Of a DNA stretch of 64,000 nt, positions 14,401 to 26,400 are shown piece by piece. Each line of letters opens with the position of its first letter. Position 1 is the stretch's first letter. Source of the DNA: Balanoglossus misakiensis (lineage: Eukaryota > Animalia > Hemichordata); contig CM082588.2 in the NCBI GenBank assembly GCA_040954595.2, positions 9,594,844-9,658,843 of the forward strand, written 5' to 3'. Made by a program: the position numbers and the translations under genes. A model generated the notes under the pieces. The model made no database searches. It had not been told where the DNA came from and was given only the letters and a program-made list of their open reading frames with translations.

Positions 14401-17400
14401 TGTTTGTTTGTTTGTTTAAGGAAATTTCACATTAGATTTCAACTTTTGTGACATTATTCTCATGCTCCTCCTTCATTACTTACAGGATGGAGACACTCCT
14501 TCGCATGATGCAGCAAGGAGGGATGGTGGTGAAGGCCTTGTCAGATTGTTATTGGAACACAAAGCTGATGCTAACATACAAAACAAGGTAAATACCAACC
14601 TGACTTCAGCAGGTTTATTCTATCAATGCGGATATATTTATTCATTTATTTGTTTGTTTGTTTGTTTAAGGAAATTTCACATTAGATTTCAATTTTTGTG
14701 ACATTATTCTCATGCTCCTCCTTCATTACTTACAGGATGGAGACACTCCTTCGCATGATGCAGCAAGGAGGGATGGTGGTGAAGGCCTTGTCAGATTGTT
14801 ATTGGAACACAAAGCTGATGCTAACATACAAAACAAGGTAAATACCAACCTGACTTCTGCAGGTTAATTCTGAAAGTATTGAAATATTTTTTTTTTTTTT
14901 TTTTTTTTTAAGGAAATTTCACATTATATTTCAATTTTTGTGACATTATTCTCATGCTCCTCGTTTATTACTTACAGGATGGAGACACTCCTTTGCATTA
15001 TGCAGCAAGGAGGGTTGGTGGTGAAGGCCTTGTCAGATTGTTATTGGAACACAAAGCTGATGTGACAATACAAAACAAGGTAAATACCAACCTGACTTCT
15101 GCAGGTTTATTCTATCAATGCGGATATATTTATTCATTTATTTGTTTGTTTGTTTGTTTATGGAAATTTCACATAATATTTCAATTTTTGTGACATTATT
15201 CTCATGCTCCTCCTTCATTACTTACAGGATGGAGACACTCCTTTGCATTATGCAGCAAGGAGGGTTGGTGGTGAATGCCTTGTCAGATTGTTATTGGAAC
15301 ACAAAGCTGATGCTAACATACAAAACAAGGTAAATACCAACCTGACTTCAGCAGGTTTATTCTATCACTGCGGATATATTTATTCATTTATTTGTTTGTT
15401 TGTTTGTTTGTTTAAGGAAATTTCACATTAGATTTCAATTTTTGTGACATTATTCTCATGCTCCTCCTTCATTACTTACAGGATGGAGACACTCCTTCGC
15501 ATGATGCAGCAAGGAGGGATGGTGGTGAAGGCCTTGTCAGATTGTTATCGGAACACAAAGCTGATGCTAACATACAAAACAAGGTAAATACCAACCTGAC
15601 TTCAGCAGGTTTATTCTATCAATGCGGATATATTTATTCATTTATTTGTTTGTTTGTTTGTTTGTTTAAGGAAATTTCACATTAGATTTCAATTTTTGTG
15701 ACATTATTCTCATGCTCCTCCTTCATTACTTACAGGATGGAGACACTCCTTCGCATGATGCAGCAAGGAGGGATGGTGGTGAAGGCCTTGTCAGATTGTT
15801 ATTGGAACACAAAGCTGATGCTAACATACAAAACAAGGTAAATACCAACCTGACTTCTGCAGGTTAATTCTGAAAGTATTGAAATATTTTTTTGTTTTTT
15901 TTTTTTGTTTAAGGAAATTTCACATTATATTTCAATTTTTGTGACATTATTATCATGCTCCTCCTTTATTACTTACAGGATGGAGACACTCCTTTGCATT
16001 ATGCAGCAAGGGATGGTGATGAAGGCCATGTCAGATTGTTATTGGAACACAAAGCTGATGTGACCATACAAAACAAGGTAAATACCAACCTGACTTCTGC
16101 AGGTTAATTCTGAAAGTATTGAAAGATTTTTTTGTTGTTTTTTTTGGTTTAAGGAAATTTCACATTACATTTCAATTTTGTGACATTATTCTCATGCTCC
16201 TCCTTCATTACTTACAGACAGGAGACACCCCTTTGCATGATGCAGCAAGGAGGGATGATGGTGAAGGCCTTGTCAGATTGTTATTGGAACACAAAGCTGA
16301 TGCTAACATACAAAACAAGGTAAATACCAACCTGACTTCTGCAGGTTTATTCTATCAATGCGGATATATTTATTCATTTATTTGTTTGTTTATTTGTTTG
16401 TTTGTTTGTTTGTTTGTATAAGAAAACACATTTCATTTCAATTTTTGTGACATTGTTCTCATGCTCTTCCTTCATGACTTACAGAAAGGAGACCCCTTTG
16501 CATTTTGCAGCATATGTCATATAATTTTGTCATTGTCCTTTGAATCAAAACTGCTCACTCTGTCGGGTCAGGTGTTATACAGGCAGGTGTGGAAACGATT
16601 TGCATTCCTTTCTTTCTTTCTTTGTTAATCAATCAATTGTTGTTCTATTCATTGATCATCACCCCCCTGTATCATGAACATCACAAGGCAATGCATTGAA
16701 TTCAGCTCTTCCAGCTAGTGGCCGCACTTGCTTGATTTCCTGCGTGTGTCTCTGGGGATGAAAAGAATGCATATGCGTCTTTTCCTAATTTGCATATTTT
16801 GAATGGGTGTTCCAACGTGAGTAACCGTTCATTTGACTTCCAGCTCGCATCGAATACACGTTAGGGACTGTTTTTACAGCTGGGGGGGGGCAAGTTTGGG
16901 TCATCGATTTTCAAAATCAGGCCAACCCCCCCTTCACCCTGGACCAAAAAATGATGACCCCCCCTTTGACAGACCCAAAATATGATGACCCCCCCCCCCC
17001 CCCCCCCCCCCGCTGAAAACATTCGCCGTGCTGATCCTATGTACACTGTATGCAATAAAGGGAATGAGGCTCCTCACACCTCAATTATAAATTTCTTAAA
17101 GTAATTGAAGTATATATAATAGTATATCGTTGCAATAAAAAATATATGAACAAAATAAAATGACAAGTCAATACAATAGAAAATTTAAGAAAATTTTGTA
17201 AAATACGGTGCTCAAAGTTGCATTCGAATGAACTCTAAAGCAAATTAACTCAATGTTAGGCAGGACAAATTTTAATTTTGCCACTCCACTCAAAGTAAAC
17301 ATCGGGGGTAGGGTGGGTAGAAGTCTGCCGTGGTACACTAGACAAACCAGCGAATAAATGATATGTGGCGAAGAATGGAGGGGGAGGGGTGTGCGAGGGG

Positions 17401-20400
17401 GTGTCCCCCTCCCACATAAGAAAATTTTGTAAAATATGTAGCTCAAAGTTGCATTTTTATGAACTCAAAAGCAAATTATCTCAGTGTTTGGGAGGACCTA
17501 AAATTTGACTTATAGGTGTGCGTGCCTCAATCATCTGATGCATGTATTCATCTATGAAAATTTGTGATCCATTTTCAGAACGTAGTGACTCCTTGTCAAG
17601 AGGCAGGAAGGAAGGCTGGGCGGGGTGCAGGCACCAATATTGCAAGAGCCTTTGTGGAATATCATTTTGACAATGAGAAAGTATATCAGGCAAGTATTGA
17701 GTTAGATTTAAAAGGGCAAGGTTACTCACTTTTGATAAAACAGTGAAATTGTGTCAGTTACCGACCACCTCTATATAGTGGCCACTTTGTTACAGTCCCT
17801 GTGCAGTTAACATGGGCAATTATTGACTTGTATATACAGGCCACCTGTCTATTAAGGCCAATTTAGGAAAGTCACTCTGACTGGCCAATTTGGACTGTGA
17901 GATTTGGCTGTATTTCAGTTATTTACCAATTGGCTCTTTCTGTTGTTCTAAAAGATGCTCATTGACCAGTTTTATAAAGCTTACCGGCAACTCACACCTG
18001 ACACATGGATATTTAAATCCATTTATTTGTTACCAAAATTATTTAATATATGTCCATAATATGCATGGTGTGGTATAATTGTCATAATCCTGTACTTTAC
18101 AGCTAGTTCATTTAAGCAATAAAACACCCCCAGCCATGGTATACCACTCGATTTTGACCAGTTCACGACATATACGCACTCGCTATCGCTCCTGCGTATA
18201 TGTCGTGAACTGGTCAAAATCGAGTGCGTATATGTCGTGAACTGGTCAAAATCGAGTGGTATACCATGGCTGGGGGTGTTTTATTGCTATTATATTATGC
18301 CAGTATATTGAAACTTTGCATAAAACATTTTAAAAAGGCATTTTCTTTGACTATGCTATATGACTGTGGTATATGGCTAATATATCACAGTCACGTGTCG
18401 TGTCTCGACCAATAAAATAGCGTGATTTACACCATCAATATACTGGTATAATATAATCAATCATATATGTTCTGTTTTCATCAATGAAAATACAGGCAGT
18501 TATAAACTCAGTGTATGACAGAGATGACAAAAGAGACCTGATCAACCATCATAAGGTACGTCGTAATGTTGATAATAAATGGCTATGAAAACATATCATA
18601 TCACTAGTGTATTTGAATTTATCTTCTATATTTATAACATGGAAAACATAAAACCAGACTGTCATATAAATTTTTAACTACATACTTATTCTATTGTGCC
18701 AGCTAGGAAGGCATTAAAGGGACATTACCTATAACTTTTGGCTTTATTTCCAGATTTTTTTCCTTTTATGTACAAAATGCAATTTCATATTCTTCTCCAA
18801 ACTGCATGCTAATATGCCCAGTACTCAACTTGTGTATATTGCCTGTCTCTGTAACAACCATTGTTATTGTTGACTCATGAATTCTAGTCCGGACTTCAAT
18901 TCAAATTTTGCAAAATAACAATGTTGAATATACACAAAGAGTACACAACTATCGAGGTGTGCGTCACAAAGAGATGACAAACTTATGCAAATAGAAGTTA
19001 TGGAAAAAATATGTTAAATTTGGCAGCTCATGAGGCTTTAACTATGCATTATTTCTATAGCGTTAATGATAGCTTCCACATCATAAGCACATCATAATAG
19101 TGTAGTTAACAATGTAAATTATATTTTTTGATACTAGCGTTTTTATCAATATCTTTTCTGAAGCAAAATGTCATGTGACTTCTTTGAAGACATGGTGTTT
19201 AATTGAAAGGCATGTAAATTGAGTGTAAAAATTCCCAATATATATAACACATAACATATCTGTTCAAATTCTGACAGGTGTTTTCCCGCCAAAAAGAATT
19301 CACAGCACTCATGTGACAACCTGGTGTCAAACGTAATACTACAAAGATTGTGTTAGCTGGATACGGTGGGAATGGCAAAACTACACTCAAAGAATCATTG
19401 CAGCGGGTGTGTAGAAATCTTTGATTATGAATGCCAATTATTGCTGTTTTTGAGGAGTGAAGGATTTGTGCAAATATTAAAGTTTTCATGAAGACTACAT
19501 TTCAGTGGAAATCAGGGTACATATTTTGTTGACCAACCAATTCTCCAAATATTTTATATTATTACAATATGATTGGCATTAATCAAGCTTGCTGATTGGC
19601 CCGAGTCGCGGTTTATATCCTCAACGAGAAGACCTGAACCCTGAACAGTGAATAACTAAAAATAACCGAAATGGGACACATAGAACAGAACGCCTCGCCT
19701 CGCTCAGTGATTATTTCCCGCCAAATATGCTAAGTTTCACCTGGGAGGTCTTATATCCGGAATCAAATACTCTCGCTTGCCGTTTATAAGTTTACAACCT
19801 CTAAATTGTGAGAAAATCATCACTTATGTTCATATATTACAATGCAGAACTTTGTGCAAGCAAAATTGACTCGACGGTCAGAAGAGAAAGCACCTTTACC
19901 AGGGAACATGCAGTACACACCAACACCCGCCATAGATGTAGCCACATTATCCATACCCAAGATTGGCAAGTTCAGTGTGTGGGACTTTGCAGGACAAACA
20001 GAATACTATGTCACACATAATATGTTCCTAAGAGTCGAGAATGCAGTGGTTTTATTGGTCTTCAAAATGGCTGAGGACAAGCAGGATGTAGTTTGGACAC
20101 CAAGAAAACTTATGCAACAGCAGAGACAAGAGGTGGGTCGTTGTTTTTTTGTTACTGATGATAAGTGATATTAATATTTTGGGCAATTATGGAATAAAGG
20201 TAAAGATGAAACTCAGAAAGGGCACAGTGCATATATTACAATATTTTTTTTATTACTAAGCAGTGCATCAGTGAATTAGGTGGTGCAATATTGTGAATGA
20301 AATTAAAGTAAAGATGAATGGCACAGTATATATATTTGTGAAACATTTATCTCTTTTTGTTTTTATCCAGATTTAGGGACTGATTGAATATAATATGATT

Positions 20401-23400
20401 GATGACTTTATATTCTTCTTCATGTCTTTCTTTAATAGGTGACATCATGGCTTGCATTCCTTAAGGCAATCATACCACAAGATATGGATGAGGGTGGGAG
20501 TAAACCAAAAGTGATATTGATTGGAAGCAAGGCTGATTTGTTGAAAGCTGAACACAAGAAAGAAGGTATGTTCAGTACATGTTTAGATAAAAGGTGACAA
20601 GAGCGAGGGTATTCACACAATTGGGAGCCTGGTGTGGGAGTACACTCAATCTGATTAAAACCAGATGTAGTGTTGGGCGCTGTCTTTACCTTTGCTGATT
20701 CTTGGCTGTTCTGTTCGAAAGGGACACCCATACTACATCTGAACCTTTGCAAAAGGAGATCTCATTACTATTCAACATTTTACCTATTCAGATAGTGTGA
20801 TTGATGTAGAATTTCACCGGATGCTTTCAAAAAATACAAAACAGCACCAAAGTGGCCTCTTCTGTGTATATGTCCATACTTTGTAAATAAAAATCTATCA
20901 AGAGATCATTACTTTTTTCTTGATAGCTGAATTGGTGATGAGGGAAATACTCCAGACAGCTCAGAAGACCTTTGGCAAATACCTGAATATTCTTGATGAG
21001 ACATTCATACTGAATTGTCACAACTCGCAGCATAATGATATGCACAGATTGCGTGAATGTCTACGAAGTGCAAAGGTATGGTTTTATAGATATTCTGCAA
21101 TGTGTGACTGGATTGAACATGTTAATTCATTAGGGCGATATTTGACAAAGGCATGCTTTACATCACCTTAATACTCTCATGTAATGCATAGAGTCCAAGA
21201 AAGCCAACTATCAGATAGTAATAACTGAACTCTTATCAGTGGGAAATAAGTCAAGGTTGTATACTTTTGACTTACCGGGTATCAGAACTGTCTAAAAGGG
21301 CGTTCTCACTGGCACGTTTACACTGGTGCTACATCGGTGTAGATTTGACACCGACGGAAAAAAACAAGTGAGAACGCTTTACACCGGTGTTGGGCCGGTG
21401 TTAATTTGCGACAGCGATGGGTGGTGGGTCAGGGCCAGTGCTGGGCCAGCGCTCCGACGCAAATAATCAGTGAGAACGCAAAGATAAACAAACACCATTC
21501 AAAAGCGCCACCCTGCAGTGACTTTTGGGTATGTTTATTAGGTATAGCCCATTGTCTTTGGTCAGTTTCCATTGTTAAGTCAATCACACTGGATGCGAGT
21601 GGTTTTCAAACCATTCGCAGTTTGCCAGGTCTGCAACACTTCAGTCTGCTACCAACTTTCAGAAGGTTCTCTCGATCACCAAAAAGCCGAGGCATTTTCC
21701 ATTTATGGATTAACATTCATTTACTTCTAAACATTATCAAAACTGTCACAAAGTCGTCTAGAACGTATATGCAGGTATATAAACTGCAACATGTTGCTGT
21801 AATGTCCTCGACATCCTCAATTTTGTTAGTTGCCGTGTTGCTAAACATGGCCATTTAGACAGTGTTTATTTCAAAACAGTGGCCAAAAGTTTAGTGTGTG
21901 GACGCAAGGAGATTCTGTGGGCTAATCCCCTGTGTTTGCAGAGAGTAAACACTGGCATAACACCGGTGTCCAAACTTTTAGTGAGAACAAGACTTTAAAT
22001 AATGGGCTGTGTCTGTAAAGGGTGAATATCACTGTTGCCAGTATTGTTCGAGTTGCTTTTCTGAATGTTCATTTCACCAAACAACAGTATTATGGGGGTC
22101 ATCGTTAAACCCCGGTGCGGGGTATAAAAGACCCCCCAAATCAGTGGCGAATCTTAATGCCGTTTGACTGACAACAGACAACACCAACGATCTTGGCTCT
22201 ATGAAAATCGGCCCAAACAGGTCCAAGCATAAAGAATTACACCACACAACGACAGTAGTTGGCTTTATAAACACACACAACATAAAGTTATCGACGAAAA
22301 AGTACACGAGCTTATGAAACAACGATGATTTTGGGAGACATCTGGTTTCAGTGCTTTTCAGAAGCGTCCCTGGGAAACAATAACTACGCCATTCAAACAG
22401 TTGTCAATCGCGTGGAAGTGTGAAGTGTTCAATTATTTTCTGTGTACATGAGAGCAATTACACAGTCATTATGCACGACGACCACTCCCAAATAAACAAC
22501 TATACAAACACACGTTAATCCGAACCCCAGGACTTTCCGCACCGGGGTTTAAGACGTTTTTGAAACATCTCAGATGAAATACTGGCGTAAATTATCATGT
22601 GTGAATGGTTTAAGTGGTCCTGAAACGTCTCAGATTTGAGACGGCTTTGGTCAGACCTGAGCCAGTGTAAGGATTAACACCTCTCCGCAACCCATTGTTT
22701 GTGTGTGTGTACACAAGGCGACTTAAAGGATTAATGCTCTGTGTTTACTATTGGCAAATAGTGTCTATGAAATGTTTTGAATTTTACCCTGTCTGGACAT
22801 GAACCTGGTATATGTCGCTGTGTTAATGTTACAGAGAGAAGAATACATACCAAAGTTGTGTGCTAAGATACTTGATGGAAGAAGCAAATGGATTGTGAGC
22901 AGTTTCCCGGTCATCAAATGGAAAACATATATAGAAAGAGTGAAAGAGTTGGATCGTTTCATTGATGAAGAGTTTCTAAAGAAAGCTACGAGATACCTTC
23001 ACTACCTTGGGGAGGTAAGTTTATTACAGAAATCGTTGCTGAAGACATTACCCCACTTGATCAGTAGGTTAAGAAATCCATGGAGGATACTGTAAAACAG
23101 GTTATTTCGCGAGCAATAAATTTTCATGAAATATGCGAGAGCCCCCAAAAATGTCAAAATACAAAAGTCGCATAAAATGTTTTTTTTCTTAGATAACAAT
23201 GCAGTTAGTGAAATACGAGAAAGCCAAAATTAATCCATGCATAACAGTTGCTTCTTTTGATATCGCGAAAATTTCCTGTCGCGAAAAGAACCTGTTTTAC
23301 AGTATGAAGTCATACTACAAGAAAATGTTCTCGCAAAGTTTGGAGAAAGTACAGTACTGCAATTATGTTTATCACAGAACAATTACTGATGAAACCTTTC

Positions 23401-26400
23401 CAAAGACCAACAGGAGTTCTGAAAGTTTTCTAGAAATTCTTTAAAACCTATCAATGCCAGGGTTCATCAAAAATAGAGGGCATCATTGACTTAAACATAT
23501 AAACCATGGGATGTGAAAAGCAAGTACTAATACAGAAACCAAAAATAACGCTGGAAAATTTGTTGACAGGGGGTGTGCTTGTGTCAACCGTTAAGTGCAC
23601 TCTTTGTTTGATCATGATTAGTGTCATACAAATTTAACCCTTAATAATAATAATAATAATACTTTATTTCAGACTTTAAAAAAAGTCCATATACCCAAAA
23701 GAGAGAAGAAAAAAAAACACTAATGAAAATACTCTGGAAAATCTGAAACTGAGACACACACACACAAAAAAAAAACTCTGCAAAATTACATGATATACAA
23801 TTGCTTTCGCCAATGTTTGAAAAATATGCTGTCAGTCGCTCTATCTGATGAACAGATCGCATCAAGTAAAACATTAGAAGAATTTTCGAGTCTACACTTA
23901 AAACTGTACATATTGCGTCTAAAAACTTCACCAAGTGACAATACATGGTTTGTAGCAAACATACCCGATGCACTGCAAAATGGCGGAAGACCGAGAAGTC
24001 TTCTCCAAACATTATTGTACATAGTTTTAAATTTTTTCATCGGTTTAACTTTAAAGGATGCCCACAAACTGCAACAGTAAATATTACTACAATATGCCAA
24101 AAATAAAACTTTCTTCACATCTTGACTACAATGTTGAAAATGTCTCAATAGCATGTTTGCTCTAACGCAAAATGCTCTTCTCTGTCGTTCAATATCTTCA
24201 TTATCACAACCATCACAAGATATTACATGGCCCAGATAGGTGTGTTCAGGTACAAACTTCAAAGTGATGTCATTAAGTTTAACCGAAGGAATTCTTTGAA
24301 CGCTCATATTCTTCCCATTAAAAAGCATGCACACAGTTTTACTAGAATTATAAATGATATCATAATCCTTGCCATAAATTTCACAAATTCTAAGAAGACG
24401 GCGTAGACCCTTAACACTTGGACTGAGTAGAGTCATGTCGTCAGCGTAACCCGAAGTGTTAGCGCTGACACCACACATGGTACAGCCAACTTTGGCTTTA
24501 CAGAGTGCATTGATAAGATCATCAATGTAGACATTAAAAAGATAGGGAGAGAGTACTCCCCCTTGTCTTACACCGTTAGAAACAGAAAACAACTCTGAGG
24601 TTTCATTACCCCACAACACAGTAAACAATTGATTTCTGTACCAGTAATATAAAATTCGAACAGCATACAAGGGAACATTCCTGTCGATGAGCTTGTTAAC
24701 CAGTTTAAAGTGATTAACTCTGTCAAAAGCTTTTGAAGCATCCAGAAAACAAGTAAACACTGGTCCTCCATTGCTGGTGTAGTAGCTAATGATTTCTTTA
24801 AATGCAAATAAACACAGGTCAGTTGAATGTTCTCGCTTGAAACCAAATTGTAAATAATGAGAGGTAAGAAACTCCTCACAACGAGAAAGTAAAATATGCT
24901 CAAAAACTTAAGAGAAAACAGTTGCTAGTGCTATCGGCCGGTAGTTACTGGCATCACTACAAAGCTTAGTTTTATCCTTAATAATTGGAACTAAAATAAC
25001 TTTGATAGCCTCAGTTGGCAGGTAACCATGAACAATCATAGCATTAATACAACAAGTCAAAATGGGTAAAATAGAGGAGTCTGAGAATTTGAGGTGCTCA
25101 GCTGAAATATTGTCAATGCCAGCTGTCTTGTCGTCAGGTAACTTATGTATAGCAGAAATTACTTTGTCTTCAGAAACATACATATCAGAAGAAAAGTTAA
25201 CATACTTCATTTTCTCCTCGATGTCATTTTTACCAGTCTGAGCCTGGACAGAATTCAAAATATCACTGAAATGCTTGTGCCACATAATTGCAATTTCACT
25301 CTCACCAGTCGCTCCACCTACAGTGTCAGAAAGTGGCGTTTTTCTGCTAGTTTGCTTTCTGACTTCCTTCCAGAAGTCGTTCTGTTTGTGGCAGCATAAA
25401 TTGTCAGCCATCTTGTCAGCCCTATTTTGATTCTCAATCTTTTTACAAGCACGTAAAGCATACTTAAAACGAGCTCTGAAAGATTTCATGGTTTCAAAAA
25501 GCGGGCCTTGTTTAGGTTTACCCCCATTAACCCATAATAAAAACATGGAACGGGCATAGTCGTGACTTTCTTTTACAAAATCGTTCCAGCCAGGTACAAC
25601 ATGAACTTTCTGGTGAAACTTACGCCTAATGGTATATTTTGCAGCACAATTCAATGCGTCCACAATACTACTATAACAAGTATCAATTGCCTGTAAATGC
25701 GAAGGGTCTGTACAGTTCACATTAGTGCAGAATAACTCTTCGGATAAATTAATCTTATCAATCTTGGCTTTGGTACAAGGGTGTAGGCGGATATATTCTG
25801 CTGTGACAATTTTTTCCAATCAACTCGAAAATTACATTGCTTGAAGGAACTACTGCTGAAGCTTTCATCAGCAGAAGTGTTGAAATGAACCTCTATTGAA
25901 ACAGGAATATGGTCGGAGTCAACAACATTGCAAAGGCTCGAAATTGAAAGAACATTGCTATGAGAAACTTCAGTGGTAACACAGTGGTCAATCCATGAAG
26001 TACTGCCATGAGCATCGCTAATCTAAGTAAACGTACCAGAATCCCTGCCTAGCAGCTCAACATCAGAAACGATGTAACCAAATTGCTCACAATGCTCCAT
26101 CAACTCACGACCAAAGCCTGTATCAGTAGTTACATCAGCATTCCAGTCACCAATAAAAAAGACATTCCCAGTGTTAATATCAGAAACAATGGAATTGATT
26201 TTCGCCAAGTACTCACTGAACACTTCAAAATTATCATTAGTATTGGTGGGCAAATAACAGTTTACAATAACAAGTTTGTCAGTATCATTTTTTAAAACTA
26301 AACCAAGCAAGCGACTATCAGCAAACTCAACAATACTGGCAAGTTTGCCAAGCGATCTACGCCAAAGAATTGCAACCCCCCCCCCGTACGGTCTACCAAT

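Noticed and set aside
9975-15685. Many separate 70-126 aa ORFs (MLLLHYLQDGDTP...) as independent small genes
   Set aside because: They are ankyrin exons read into flanking intron; the MLLLHYLQ start is the polypyrimidine tract and acceptor.
9739-16500. CRISPR array or non-coding satellite
   Set aside because: There are no unique spacers; each unit has splice signals and an open ankyrin exon, and the DNA is eukaryotic.
19314-19316. Selenocysteine recoding of the TGA codons
   Set aside because: The positions are not Cys-like redox sites and no SECIS element was recognisable.
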